DNA of 64,000 nucleotides from assembly GCA_965249575.1 (NCBI GenBank), contig OZ252244.1, positions 2,400,001-2,464,000 of the forward strand. The letters run 5' to 3'. This DNA is from Gemmatimonadales bacterium. Its GTDB lineage: Bacteria > Gemmatimonadota > Gemmatimonadetes > Gemmatimonadales > GWC2-71-9. This document shows positions 53,773-64,000 of the stretch, piece by piece. The stretch's first letter is position 1, and each line of letters begins with the position of its first letter. The translations under genes and the position numbers were made by a program. The notes beneath the pieces were generated by a model, which saw nothing but the letters and a program-made list of their open reading frames with translations, did no database searches and was not told where the DNA came from.

Positions 53773-54255
53773 TCATGGCGACGATCTCGTGGGAAACGGC
53801 GGATCACTGCGGGGCTGATCTTCGAGAGCCGTTACCTTTGCCAGACGCCGCACGTGGCGCTCCTCGGCGGAGAAGCTGGCGTTAAGGAACGACTGAACGA
53901 GCTCGTTGGCCAGCGCCGGTCCGATCACACGTCCCCCGAGAACCAGGACGTTCATGCTGTCGTGCTCGACTCCTTGATGAGCGGAATATGTGTCGTGGCA
54001 CAAGCCGGCGCGGATACCGGGAATCTTGTTCGCGGCCACCGACGCCCCGACTCCACTTCCACAGATCAAGATGCCCCGGGACTCCGGCTCCCCGAGAACC
54101 GCGTCCGCGAGCGATCTTGCGACGTCGGGGTAGTCAACGGGCTCCAAACCAAACGTGCCGACGTCCACGACGTCCCAGCCGAGCTGTTGCAGGTGCTTGT
54201 GCAATCGCCCTTTGAGCTCGACCCCTGCATGATCTGCCCCAATTACGACGCGCAT
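53773..54255 (-). CDS. rpiB: Ribose-5-phosphate isomerase B
   Basis: GADHAG, DYPD, CGSGVG and RHVRR. Confidence 0.96.
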   Translation of the reverse strand: MRVVIGADHAGVELKGRLHKHLQQLGWDVVDVGTFGLEPVDYPDVARSLADAVLGEPESRGILICGSGVGASVAANKIPGIRAGLCHDTYSAHQGVEHDSMNVLVLGGRVIGPALANELVQSFLNASFSAEERHVRRLAKVTALEDQPRSDPPFPTRSSP

Positions 54256-54460
54256 TTCCTCACTCCGGCTTAATCAACCGACGCGTTCGAAGGTACCGCA
54301 TGTAGCGCCCTCTCGAACCGGCGCCGAGCTCAAATAGTTCCGGCACGGGCTCGGCGCGCAAGGTGCCGACGGAAAGTGGAGGCGCGGGCGTCGCGGCGTC
54401 TGGACAATTTCGAATCGAATTCGTTGCCGCACTTCACGCCCTTCTGTATCTTACGGCCCG

Positions 54461-56046
54461 ATGCACTTTGAAGAACGATTTGCGCTCATGCTGGCTAGGC
54501 TGGTCGATCTGTTCCGGAGGAATCCGTACGGGACCGAAGAGCAGCAAGCCGCCCTCGCATCACTCGTCGAGTTCGTGAATCAGCGGAGCGCGACGGTCTG
54601 GGTTGAGAACGACGCCCTGGTGGTCGAGGGAGTAGCGATCAACCGGGACGCCGCCTTCCTGCCGGGCCTGGTGTCTCAACTCAAGGCCCATGGTGTTGGT
54701 GAGGTGTTGTTCGCCTATCGCACGCCGCCCACCGATTTGCTTCACCTCCTCCATGGCCTGGCCCTCGAGGCACCCGCGGATGGTGCCTTCGACTATCTCG
54801 AGCATCGCCTGATCGACGCGCAGGCGGTCACAATCAGGGTTCTGAGTCCGGACGCCCACCATGCAGCCGAAGGCCGCCGGGGCGCGACAATACCAGAGGC
54901 CATGGGAGCGACAGCCGCCGCGGCGCCCGGGCCGGAGGAGCAGGGAGCCGCGGGAAGCTCCCCGATCGTTTCCAGCGAAGATGCCGATCTGCTGGTAGAG
55001 CAAGCCCGCGAGGCCACCACGTCTCTGGCTGCCGCGGTGAAACGCGTCCGCCGGCACCCGGCGGGGGCCGAGTTGTCCCGCGTCCTCAACGCGGTGGCGG
55101 AGGGTGTCGTGACCGCTGTTCGGAGCAACCGGACCGACGAGGCGATCGAGGCCGTGATTGCCGTGGTGCAGCAGGAGGAAGAAGCGCCGGAAGAAGCGCC
55201 GACGGAAGACGTACGCATCTGCTACAGCGCGGTCCTCCAGAGAATCTTGCAGCGGGAAGTGCTGGAGCCGCTCTCCAAGTTGCTCATCGACCCGCTCTAT
55301 GGGAAGGACGTCACGGAGATCATGAAGCGGGCGGGCACCAAAGCGACCGAAATGCTCTTGGACTTGCTCGTTGCGGCAGACACCTTTGCCGAACGCCGTT
55401 CCTACATGGGCACGATCCGGCAGATGGAGCGTGGCACGGACATCCTCGTGAGTATGCTCAATCATCACGAGTGGTATGTCGTTCGTAATGTCTCTGATCT
55501 CGTCGGGGACCTGCGAATCGAGGAAGGGATTCCCGCGCTCGGCAGAGCGACCGAGCACGAGGACCCCGCGTGCGCCGCTCGGTCGGCGTAGCGCTGGGAA
55601 AGATCGGCACGGCGGCCTCGGTGAAGTTCTTGACTCCGCTGCTTCGCGATTCCGATCCCCAAGTTCGAGCGGAGGTGGCGAGGGGGCTGAGTGGCAAGGA
55701 CCTCACCGCGCTCGCAATGCCTCTGGTGAATGCGGTGGGAGAGGAAGAGGACGAGGCCGTTCGCGATGAGTTGTACCGCGCGCTCGGGCGCATCGGGACA
55801 GCAAGTGCCGTGCAGGCGCTCATCAACGCCGCGCGGCCGGGCGGACTGCTTCTCAAGCGCCGGGGCGCGACCGACCGGCTTGCAGCAGTCGAGGGGCTGG
55901 GACTTGCGGGTGGTGAGGCAGCCGTGCAGGCGCTCGAATCGCTCGGCAAAGATCGCGACCGGCAGGTACGGGACGAAGCCCGCAAAGCCTTGGCGCAGGC
56001 TAGAATCAGGAGGAGCCGCACCGAGCAAACGATCCCGCCTCCCTAA
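54461..56046 (+). pseudogene. HEAT-repeat protein, frameshifted
   Basis: WYVVRN and a series of HEAT repeats. A one-base loss in a C run at 55564-55567 (EDP-RVRRSV) is likely a sequencing error. Confidence 0.85.
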
Positions 56047-56122
56047 AGGGTACCTCCCAACCTCTCCATTCAGCGGCCGCCATCGGCGCTTGGGCCCCGT
56101 CCGGGGTATCTTGCTTGCGAAA

Positions 56123-57499
56123 ATGACCCTGCGCCTCTACGACACCTATACTCGGTCACCGCGGGAGTTCCAGGCCCTGAGGCCTCCTGAGGTGGGGTTG
56201 TACGCCTGTGGCCCCACGGTGTACGACTACGCCCACATAGGCAACCTCCGGACGTACATCTTCGAAGACCTCCTGCGGCGCGTTCTCGAGTTTCGTGGCT
56301 TTCGCGTCACGCATGTGGTGAACATCACCGATGTGGGCCACCTCGTTTCCGATGCCGATACCGGCGAAGACAAGATGGAGGCGGGGTCGCGGCGAACCGG
56401 CAGGTCGGCGTGGGAGATTGCGGAGCTGTACACAGCGGCGTTCAAGGAAGACCTGAGTCTCCTCAACGTCCGCGAACCGACCATCTGGTGTAAGGCGACG
56501 GAGCACATCACGGAACAGATCGAGTTGATCCGCTGCATTGAAGACAAGGGATATACCTACACCACCTCGGATGGCGTGTACTTCGATACCTCGAAACTAT
56601 CCGACTACGGATATCTCGCGCGCCTCGATGTCGCGGGACTGCAGGCTGGGGCTCGGGTCGACGTTGCGGAGAAGCGCAACGTGACCGACTTCGCTCTGTG
56701 GAAGCTGAGTCCGCCGGGCACGAAGCGTCAGATGGAATGGGACAGTCCCTGGGGTGTCGGGTTTCCGGGATGGCACATCGAGTGTTCCGCGATGTCGGCG
56801 AAATACCTCGGTCCCGAGTTCGACATCCATTGCGGCGGGGAGGACCATCCGCCGGTTCACCACACGAACGAGATCGCGCAGAGCCAGGCCTGCTACGGCA
56901 CTCGCTTGGCCAGGTTCTGGCTGCACGGGGCCTTCTTGCAGCTCGACCACGATAGGATGTCAAAGTTATCTGGTGAGTTTCTTCGCCTGCAGAGCCTGAT
57001 CGACAAGGGTTACGATCCGCTATCCTATCGTTACCTGGTGCTTGGCGCGCACTATCGAACTTCCCTCAGCTTCTCATGGGAGAGTCTCGACTCCGCGGCC
57101 ACGGCGCTGGACCGCCTGCGGGTTGCCTGTCACTCGTGGGGCGAAGCCGGAACTGTCGATGAGAGCTTCCTGGCGCGCTTCGACGCGGAAATCGACGACG
57201 ACCTCAATACGCCTCGGGCGCTTGCCGTCATGTGGGATCTGCTGAAAGGCGAGCCGCCGGCGGCGATCAAGAAAGCGACGCTGCTGGCCTTCGACGAGGT
57301 GTTGGGACTCCGGCTAGCGGACTGGCGCCCGGGCGAGGAATCGGTTCCCGAAAGCGTGTTGGCTCTCGTCAAGGAACGAGAACAGTCACGCCAAAAACGG
57401 GAATGGGGTGAGGCCGATCGCCTGCGAGGAGCGGTCCGTGATGCCGGGTTCGAGGTCGAAGACACACCCGATGGGCCCCGAGTTCGGCGGGTCCGCTGA
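56123..57499 (+). CDS. cysS: Cysteine--tRNA ligase
   Basis: [31 protein letters not shown] and RMSK. Confidence 0.98.
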   Translation: MTLRLYDTYTRSPREFQALRPPEVGLYACGPTVYDYAHIGNLRTYIFEDLLRRVLEFRGFRVTHVVNITDVGHLVSDADTGEDKMEAGSRRTGRSAWEIAELYTAAFKEDLSLLNVREPTIWCKATEHITEQIELIRCIEDKGYTYTTSDGVYFDTSKLSDYGYLARLDVAGLQAGARVDVAEKRNVTDFALWKLSPPGTKRQMEWDSPWGVGFPGWHIECSAMSAKYLGPEFDIHCGGEDHPPVHHTNEIAQSQACYGTRLARFWLHGAFLQLDHDRMSKLSGEFLRLQSLIDKGYDPLSYRYLVLGAHYRTSLSFSWESLDSAATALDRLRVACHSWGEAGTVDESFLARFDAEIDDDLNTPRALAVMWDLLKGEPPAAIKKATLLAFDEVLGLRLADWRPGEESVPESVLALVKEREQSRQKREWGEADRLRGAVRDAGFEVEDTPDGPRVRRVR

Positions 57500-57565
57500 T
57501 CGGCCGTCGGCCGGCGGCGTGCGAACCGCTGCCGGTGACGGGCTATCCGCCCGGGCGTGACCTCG

Positions 57566-58837
57566 CTACACCCGAAACACGCCGTCGGTCCATTCGATGG
57601 CCTGGCGGTAGATCTGTGCGAGCCGGTCACTCGACACGCCGAGCTCGTCGGCCACCGCCACGGCTCGGTCCCAGGATCCCCGCTGATAGGCGACGGTGAG
57701 GCTCAAATACTTGCTGAGCTCGGTCTGCTTGCCCAGGAGTGTGCGTTTGACGGAATCGGGAACGGACAGATCCTTCAATACCTCGGGCATCGGCTGATCC
57801 ACCAACGCATCCAGCAGCGAGAACAGACCGACCAGAAACAGGTCGGATGCCCTGTCGCCCAGACCCCCACCTTCACCGAGCAGCTCGGCGAAGCGGGCCC
57901 TGATCAACGCGGTGACCACAAGCTCCGCTGGTTTGTCATCACCCATGCCAGCAAGCGCCACTAAAGAGGCCCATTTGCGGATGGGCCGTTCTCCCAAAAG
58001 CAGAATGCCCTGTCTGATCGAGGGGACCTCGTAGCGCCAGCCGAACCACGCCGAGTTCAGATATCGCAGCAGCTTGACCGATAGCGACACCTCCTGCCGA
58101 ATGATGCTCTCGAGCTGGTCTACTTGGAGGTCGGGCCGGTGCACTTCATTCAGAAAGCGGAGGTAGTTGAGTTTGAACGCCGGCACGGCTCGCCCGGTCA
58201 CCATTTCCGGCTTGCAGAAGAAGTATCCCTGGAACATCGTGCAGCCGAGTTCGCGTCCCTCGTCAAAGTCTTCCGTCGTCTCTACTTTTTCCGCTAGGAA
58301 CTGTAGGTCATTCTTCTTACAGCGGTCGACCAGTGACCGGCTCGTCGCCCGGTCAGTGGCCATGAAATCGATCTTGATGATGTCGGCGATGCCGACCAGC
58401 GGGACGAACTGTTCCTCGAATACGAAATCGTCCAGCGCAAGTGTGTAGCCGGCCCGCTTGAGATCGCGGCATGCGCCAACCACGTCTGGGTCCGGGTCGA
58501 TCTTCTCGAGGAGCTCCAGGACGGCCTGGTCGGCCGGTAAGACAGCGTAGAGCTCTTCGACCAACACCCGTCGCGTGATGTTTATGAATGCCTTCTTGGT
58601 CCCGACCAGTGAGTCGAGACCGAAGGCCGTGAGTGAGCCATCGATCACGCGAGAGGTCGCAACGTCCTGATCGGCAAAATCGAAGAAATTGTCCGGACCG
58701 GATCGGAAGAGCAGCTCGTACGCAACGACCCGGCGCCGGGAATCGAAAATCGGTTGTCGGGCGAGGTAGACCAGGGCAGAGCCGGGCTCGGACCGAGATT
58801 CAGCACCGGCGACACCGCTGCTAAGGTTACTGCTCAT
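57566..58837 (-). CDS. EAL-like plus HDOD domain protein
   Basis: ARQPIFD, YELLFR, ALDDF, AEKVE, QGYFF and LLRYLNS...GLFSLLD. Confidence 0.93.
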   Translation of the reverse strand: MSSNLSSGVAGAESRSEPGSALVYLARQPIFDSRRRVVAYELLFRSGPDNFFDFADQDVATSRVIDGSLTAFGLDSLVGTKKAFINITRRVLVEELYAVLPADQAVLELLEKIDPDPDVVGACRDLKRAGYTLALDDFVFEEQFVPLVGIADIIKIDFMATDRATSRSLVDRCKKNDLQFLAEKVETTEDFDEGRELGCTMFQGYFFCKPEMVTGRAVPAFKLNYLRFLNEVHRPDLQVDQLESIIRQEVSLSVKLLRYLNSAWFGWRYEVPSIRQGILLLGERPIRKWASLVALAGMGDDKPAELVVTALIRARFAELLGEGGGLGDRASDLFLVGLFSLLDALVDQPMPEVLKDLSVPDSVKRTLLGKQTELSKYLSLTVAYQRGSWDRAVAVADELGVSSDRLAQIYRQAIEWTDGVFRV

Positions 58838-59069
58838 ATCGCTGAAAGCGGGTCGCGGAGTCGGGTTCTTCCGCGGAAGCCGTGGGTGTGAGCCCGATTC
58901 TGGACTCCGGCGGCGCAGGACCCCAAACCAGAGTCAGCGAGACCCACAGCAAGACGCCGGCCGCCAATGTGGCGGCGATGCTCACCCGAGAAGAGACCCA
59001 TTCCTCCCGTGACGGCGGTTCCAGGCCACTCTGGCCTGCGCGTGATCTCCCCGATCGGACGCGAGGCAT
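58827..59069 (-). CDS. Small single-pass membrane protein
   Basis: SD GAGGGGG and one hydrophobic segment; the stop overlaps the EAL-HDOD start. Confidence 0.55.
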   Translation of the reverse strand: MPRVRSGRSRAGQSGLEPPSREEWVSSRVSIAATLAAGVLLWVSLTLVWGPAPPESRIGLTPTASAEEPDSATRFQRYEQ

Positions 59070-59239
59070 GGCAACCCCCTCGGAAAATGAAGAGCTCTTG
59101 CGACCAGTATCGGCAAGCAGCCGTCCGACCTTGACGAACGCCTCCGCGAACAGCTGGCAAAGGAGGGCGGATGGTGTCACACTTCGTTGGCGGCAGGTTG
59201 TGAAAACGTCCGGTATGAAGGCAGGGGAGGCGAGGAACA

Positions 59240-60211
59240 GTGGTCAAGCAAACGATGTATCCTTTCGACGTCATGGGCGCGGTGTCATTGGTGACGTATG
59301 CATTGTTCGCCGCGGGCTCGCATGAACCCGGGAAACCGGCCCAGCCCGCTCCATACGTCGTGGTCCTCGGAATTGCGCAAGACGGCGGGGTGCCACAGGC
59401 CGGGACCAAGGATCATCCCGGCTGGGACGACCCCGCCAAGACGCGGCACGTCGTTAGCTTGGGCATCGTCGATCCCCACACGAGCCAGCGGTGGATGATC
59501 GAAGCAACGCCCGATTTGCGGTGGCAGCTCCACACACTCGACCGTCTTGCGCCTGCGGAAGGCAGCCCCGGTCTCGACGGTGTGTTTCTCACGCACGGAC
59601 ACATGGGTCACTACACCGGCCTGATGTACCTCGGTCACGAATCCCTGGGGGCCCGAGACGTCCCGGTCCACGCGATGCCGCGCATGCGACAGTACCTCAG
59701 CACGAACGGCCCGTGGGATCAACTCGTGCGGTATGGGAACATCGTCTTGCGGCCCATGAGCGATGGGGCTCCCGTCCGGCTGAACGACCGGTTGACTGTG
59801 ACCCCGTTCCTCGTTCCACACCGGCAAGAGTACACCGAGGTGGTCGGGTTTCGGGTAGACGGCCCCAATCGTTCGGTCCTGTTCATTCCCGATATCGACA
59901 GTTGGGAAGAATGGGACGAGCAGGGGACCGCAATCGAGAGCATGATTGCGGACGTGGATCTCGCATACGTCGACGGATCGTTCTACGCGAACGGTGAAAT
60001 TCCCGGGCGGGACATGTCGGGCTTCCCACATCCCTTCATTACGCACAGCATGACGCGCTTCCAATCGTTGCCACTGGACGAGCGCCGAAAGGTCCGATTC
60101 ATACACCTCAACCACACGAATCCGGCCCTCGATGCCCGGAGCGACGCCCGCCGGCGCATCGAGGAGAGCGGCTACCGCGTAGCGGAAGAATTCGAGCAGT
60201 TCGATCTGTAA
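59240..60211 (+). CDS. PqqB-like metallo-beta-lactamase-fold protein
   Basis: LGIAQDGGVPQ, LTHGHMGHYTG, VPHR and HLNHTNP; start uncertain. Confidence 0.9.
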   Translation: MVKQTMYPFDVMGAVSLVTYALFAAGSHEPGKPAQPAPYVVVLGIAQDGGVPQAGTKDHPGWDDPAKTRHVVSLGIVDPHTSQRWMIEATPDLRWQLHTLDRLAPAEGSPGLDGVFLTHGHMGHYTGLMYLGHESLGARDVPVHAMPRMRQYLSTNGPWDQLVRYGNIVLRPMSDGAPVRLNDRLTVTPFLVPHRQEYTEVVGFRVDGPNRSVLFIPDIDSWEEWDEQGTAIESMIADVDLAYVDGSFYANGEIPGRDMSGFPHPFITHSMTRFQSLPLDERRKVRFIHLNHTNPALDARSDARRRIEESGYRVAEEFEQFDL

Positions 60212-60270
60212 CCCGAACTTATAAATGGTCCGGCGCTGTCGATCTCGGATCGAGTGATTGGAGAACCGGT

Positions 60271-60729
60271 ATGAGTGAAGTCTTTCAGATGATTCCGGCG
60301 TCGAGCAAGCCGCTCTGGTTCTTGGGCGCAATCTGCGGCTTGCTGATTCTCCTCATTGGACTCTTTGGGTATATCGCGCACGCGTCACAACATGCACGGT
60401 TCGAAGTCTCACGCAGCGGGCTGACGATCATCGGCGATTTCTATGGCAGAACGATCCCAGTCCAATCGCTGGTGGCCGATCGAGCCATGCGTATCGACTT
60501 GTCCGGTGACTCGGTCCATCGACCGCGTATTCGGACATTTGGGACCGGACTCCCGGGCTACAGCTCGGGTTGGTTTCGACTGCGAAACGGTGAGAAGGCT
60601 CTGCTCTATGTGACCGACCCCAAACGAGCCGTGTACATTCCGACGACGGAAGGCTACAGCCTCGTTCTGTCGGTGGCCCAGCCCGAGGCTTTCCTCCGCA
60701 CAATCGCCCGCTTGGGGTCATCTTCCTGA
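60271..60729 (+). CDS. Membrane-anchored bacterial PH-domain protein
   Basis: TM segment followed by RTFGTGLPGYSSGWFRLRNGEKA. Confidence 0.85.
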   Translation: MSEVFQMIPASSKPLWFLGAICGLLILLIGLFGYIAHASQHARFEVSRSGLTIIGDFYGRTIPVQSLVADRAMRIDLSGDSVHRPRIRTFGTGLPGYSSGWFRLRNGEKALLYVTDPKRAVYIPTTEGYSLVLSVAQPEAFLRTIARLGSSS

Positions 60730-60746
60730 ACTCTGTGGGTAGCGGA

Positions 60747-61196
60747 ATGCGAGATGTCCACGATGAGTTCAGCCGTGTCCCGGCGAACGGACTCTTTGGG
60801 TTTCGACTCCTGTCGACGGACGACGGAACGGCCGAGGTGGCGCTGCAGCCGGATGGAAGCCATACGCAAGAAAACGGTGTCGTTCACGGGGGATTGATCG
60901 CGGCGCTCGCGGACACGACCGCCGTTTACGCGCTCCTTGCCGATCTTCCCGCCGACCGGACCGTGACGGGGGTCGAGTTCAAGATCAACTTTCTGCGTCC
61001 TGCACAGCCCGCCGGTGGCATGCTGCTCGCGCGTGCGCTCCCATTGCGACGCGGTCGGCGGATTGCTGTCTGCGAGGTCGAGGTGATCCAAGAACAATCG
61101 GTCGTCGCGAAGGGAAGCTTCACCTATCTCGTCGGAGCGGCACAGATAGCGCCGAATCGGCCAAGCCCATCGGAGAAGGGATCGCCGCGGGAGTAA
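60747..61196 (+). CDS. PaaI-family thioesterase
   Basis: GVVHGGLIAALAD, EFKINFLRP and GRRIAV. Confidence 0.92.
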   Translation: MRDVHDEFSRVPANGLFGFRLLSTDDGTAEVALQPDGSHTQENGVVHGGLIAALADTTAVYALLADLPADRTVTGVEFKINFLRPAQPAGGMLLARALPLRRGRRIAVCEVEVIQEQSVVAKGSFTYLVGAAQIAPNRPSPSEKGSPRE

Positions 61197-61328
61197 GTCT
61201 TCGATCGCTCCCGCGAGGCAACGGAACTCCGCCACATCTCAGGTGTCCCACCCTCCCCAGAAGACGGGTTGAGAATCACTCGACTGGCAGGGCCTTCAAG
61301 TCATTCCCGCCCCGATGGAGGAATCGAA

Positions 61329-62390
61329 ATGCACGATAGCGGCCTTCATTTCACGAAGGACAGCGACACCGTACCGGAGGACGACTGCGGGAGGATGCCA
61401 CCCCAGGGACGCCCCGACGAAGACGCCGCGTTGCTCGATGCGTACTCCCGGGCGGTGATCGGTGCCGCGGACGCCGTTGCACCGGCGGTCGTGAGCGTCG
61501 AGGTGTGGAGTGGCCGGGGCGGTCGCGACTCGCCGGTTCCGCAGGCGGAGCGCGGGGTGCCACGTGGGTCCGGCTCGGGATTCGTGTTCAGCGCGGACGG
61601 GCGGATCATGACGAACAGTCACGTGGTGCGGAACGCGCGGCGCATCACGGTGCGGCTCCCCGATGGACGAACGGCACGCGCGGAGCCCCTTGGCGACGAC
61701 CCCGACACCGACATTGCGATCGTTCGCATCGACGAGCCGGAACTGATGGCTGCGCCTCTGGGGGACTCGCGCTCGCTCCGTCCGGGCCAGTTGGTGATCG
61801 CGATCGGCAACCCTCTCGGCTTTCAGAGCAGCGTCACCGCCGGGGTGGTGAGCGCACTTGGGCGCTCGCTCCGGTCCGTTACGGGGCGCCTCATTGAAGA
61901 CATCATCCAAACCGATGCCGCACTGAACCCCGGCAATTCCGGTGGGCCGCTCGTGAACAGTCGCGGTGAGGTGGTTGGCGTGAACACCGCGGTCATTCTG
62001 CCGGCGCAAGGACTGTGCTTTGCCGTGGGCATCAACACGGCCCGATCCGTGGCCGATCAGTTGGCACGTCACGGGAGGGTCCGCCGCGCGCACCTCGGGG
62101 TGTCGGGCCAGACGGTCTCACTGGCGCGAGCGGCGGCCAGCGGGCCCGTGGCCCGGCAGCGTACCGGACTGCTCGTGCTTTCAGTCCAGGCCGAGAGTCC
62201 TGCCGACCGGGCGGACGTTCTCCCCGGGGACGTCATCGTGACGTTCAACGGCCAGCCAGTTGCCGGGGTCGACGATCTGCACCGCCTGCTGCTCGAGGAT
62301 GCTATCGGTGTGAGGGCGTTCATCCGAGTGCTCAGGGGACGTGAGGAAATCGAAATGGAGACCCTCCCGGAGGAGGGTGCCACGCGCTAG
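61329..62390 (+). CDS. HtrA-like trypsin-PDZ serine protease without signal peptide
   Basis: GSGSGF, TNSHV, DIA, QTDAALNPGNSGGPL and one PDZ domain. Confidence 0.95.
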   Translation: MHDSGLHFTKDSDTVPEDDCGRMPPQGRPDEDAALLDAYSRAVIGAADAVAPAVVSVEVWSGRGGRDSPVPQAERGVPRGSGSGFVFSADGRIMTNSHVVRNARRITVRLPDGRTARAEPLGDDPDTDIAIVRIDEPELMAAPLGDSRSLRPGQLVIAIGNPLGFQSSVTAGVVSALGRSLRSVTGRLIEDIIQTDAALNPGNSGGPLVNSRGEVVGVNTAVILPAQGLCFAVGINTARSVADQLARHGRVRRAHLGVSGQTVSLARAAASGPVARQRTGLLVLSVQAESPADRADVLPGDVIVTFNGQPVAGVDDLHRLLLEDAIGVRAFIRVLRGREEIEMETLPEEGATR

Positions 62391-62426
62391 TCTCCGAGGC
62401 TGCGAGCCGAAGGTATATTCAACATC

Positions 62427-63794
62427 ATGACCGATGTGCGGCCCTTCATCGCCCAGAACCGGACCCGGATTCTGGACGAGCTCCAGTCCTTCCTCAGAAT
62501 CCCCAGTGTTTCGACCGACCCGAGTCACGCGGCGGATTGCGGTCGTGCCGCGAACTGGCTGTCGGTACACCTGGAACGCCTCGGGTGCCAGACCGCGATC
62601 GTACCCGAGGGCGCGGCCCACCCGGTGGTATGGGCCGAAGGGCCCAGGATTCCGAATGCGCCAACCGTGCTGGTCTACGGTCACTATGATGTACAACCGG
62701 CAGACCCGGCCGAGCTCTGGGATTCACCTCCGTTCGAGCCGACCGTCAGGAACGGCGATCTGATCGCTCGGGGCTCAACGGATGACAAGGGTCAATTGTT
62801 TGCGATCATCACAGCCTTTGAGGCCACGAGCGTAGACAGTGCGCCGCCGCTGAACGTTCGGTTTCTCATCGAGGGCCAGGAAGAGTCGGGGAGCAGCGTG
62901 CTGTTCGATTTGCTCGAGCGGGAGCCTGATCGTGTTCGCGCCGACGCCATTTTGGTTTCCGACATGGCGTACTTTGCACCTGGGTGGCCTGCGGTGGAAT
63001 CCGGACTTCGGGGTCTGTGTTATGCCGAGATCACCGTCCGAACACTCGATGGAGACTTGCACTCCGGCCTCTACGGGGGGACAGCACCGAACGCGCACGA
63101 GGCGCTCGTGCACTTGCTGGCCAGGCTCAAAACGCCGGGCGGCCGCATCCGCATCCCGGGCCTGTACGAGGCGGTCGCGCGGCCGAGCAAGGCGGAGCGG
63201 GACTCGTGGAAACGGCTGCCGTTCAATACCCGCAAGTACACTCGTGAGGAAGTCGGTGCGCGGGCGCTAACGGGGCTTAGGCGGTATTCCGTGTTCGAGA
63301 GGACGTGGGCCTTTCCGACGTTCGAAATCCACGGCATCACGGGGGGGTTCACCGGGGAAGGCGCCAAAACCGTTATCCCCGCGGTCGCCACGGCCAAGGT
63401 GAGTTTGCGGCTCGTTCCCAACCAGACGGAGCAATCGGTCGGGCGCCAGCTGACTCGGGCGGTCAAGGCGCTCGCCCCAAGACATGCCCGTGTCTCAGTG
63501 CGGCTGATGAACGGGGCCGATCCCGTGTTGGTGGATACGAGCTCGCAACCCTTCGATTTCGTCAGCCGTGCTTTTGAGGAAGTGGAAGGGCGGGGGGCCG
63601 TCACGATCCGCTCTGGTGGTTCGATTCCCATCGTGCCAGCGCTCGCGCGGGGTGGCGCGCCCGTCGTCCTCACAGGGATCGGATTGCCGGACGACCGACT
63701 CCACGCACCGAACGAGAAAATCAACCTCGAACAGTTTTGGAAGGGTATTCGAGTCTTCGCCCGCTTCTTCCAACTCATGGCGGCTGATCGATGA
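62427..63794 (+). CDS. M20-family dipeptidase
   Basis: YGHYDVQP, RGSTDDKG, EESGS, DLHSG and HAPNE. Confidence 0.95.
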   Translation: MTDVRPFIAQNRTRILDELQSFLRIPSVSTDPSHAADCGRAANWLSVHLERLGCQTAIVPEGAAHPVVWAEGPRIPNAPTVLVYGHYDVQPADPAELWDSPPFEPTVRNGDLIARGSTDDKGQLFAIITAFEATSVDSAPPLNVRFLIEGQEESGSSVLFDLLEREPDRVRADAILVSDMAYFAPGWPAVESGLRGLCYAEITVRTLDGDLHSGLYGGTAPNAHEALVHLLARLKTPGGRIRIPGLYEAVARPSKAERDSWKRLPFNTRKYTREEVGARALTGLRRYSVFERTWAFPTFEIHGITGGFTGEGAKTVIPAVATAKVSLRLVPNQTEQSVGRQLTRAVKALAPRHARVSVRLMNGADPVLVDTSSQPFDFVSRAFEEVEGRGAVTIRSGGSIPIVPALARGGAPVVLTGIGLPDDRLHAPNEKINLEQFWKGIRVFARFFQLMAADR

Positions 63795-63902
63795 GCCCGC
63801 CCGGGGCCTTCCACTACCGTACCAAGGACCCCCGCGTTGAAATGGCCAGGAGGGAGCGCATCCCGGTACGTCCGTCCACTCACTCAAACGGTAGAATTGG
63901 GC

Positions 63903-64000
63903 GTGGATACGCTCGCATCCCTAGAGGTATGGCGCGTGGGCAGGGAGGTTGCTCGCGCCACTTACCGGCTGACTCTCCGTTGCCCGTTGGAGCGGCACTA
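63903..64000 (+). CDS. Four-helix-bundle (23S rRNA IVP-like) protein, N-terminus only
   Basis: VDTLASLEVWRVGREVARATYRLT matches the family N-terminal pattern (L.VW..A......Y.LT); truncated by the window end. Confidence 0.7.
   Translation, partial: MDTLASLEVWRVGREVARATYRLTLRCPLERH

Noticed and set aside
56950..56975. CysRS KMSKS motif reads RMSKL
   Set aside because: The key second Lys is retained and a single-base change explains the Leu; not enough to claim altered function.

Overview
A GC-rich bacterial chromosomal segment, probably from a Gemmatimonadota-like (FCB-group) organism. That assignment is inferred from gene content and order, not from a database search. (1) 1-14.5 kb is an accessory region of secreted hydrolases, tandem SDR paralogs and hypothetical genes, many interrupted by frameshifts or in-frame stops. 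It ends at a cluster of seven tRNAs (Arg, Pro, Arg, Val, fMet, Gly, Ala) whose spacers contain short-period repeats, two of them folding into hairpins. (2) 15.7-43 kb is an intact core region: a short sigma-70, mlaEFD, NUDIX, an AraC-like regulator, an F1-only atpAGDC operon with a Rex/CRP-type palindrome upstream, OM barrels, waaA, a DsbA-like protein, an M23 peptidase, metG, PSP1/RicT, accA, dnaE and a surface-peptidase cluster. (3) 43-64 kb holds gdh, YyaL, and a co-oriented run of rpiB-pgi-HAD-gnd-zwf-pgl followed by an ECF sigma, a zinc anti-sigma and a YtxJ/BrxC protein. It then continues with a HEAT-repeat gene, cysS, EAL-HDOD, a PqqB-like gene, HtrA-like and M20 peptidases, and the start of a four-helix-bundle gene. 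I found no CRISPR array, integrase, transposase or rRNA. The best leads are an S9 peptidase that keeps its Ser but lacks the canonical Asp/His, an NADPH-supply plus thiol-redox-sensor cluster, the tRNA-spacer repeat hairpins, a Rex-like box before atpA, apparent leaderless genes, and a zwf frameshift that perfects a palindrome. Many lesions may be sequencing or assembly errors. All product calls come from motif recognition alone.
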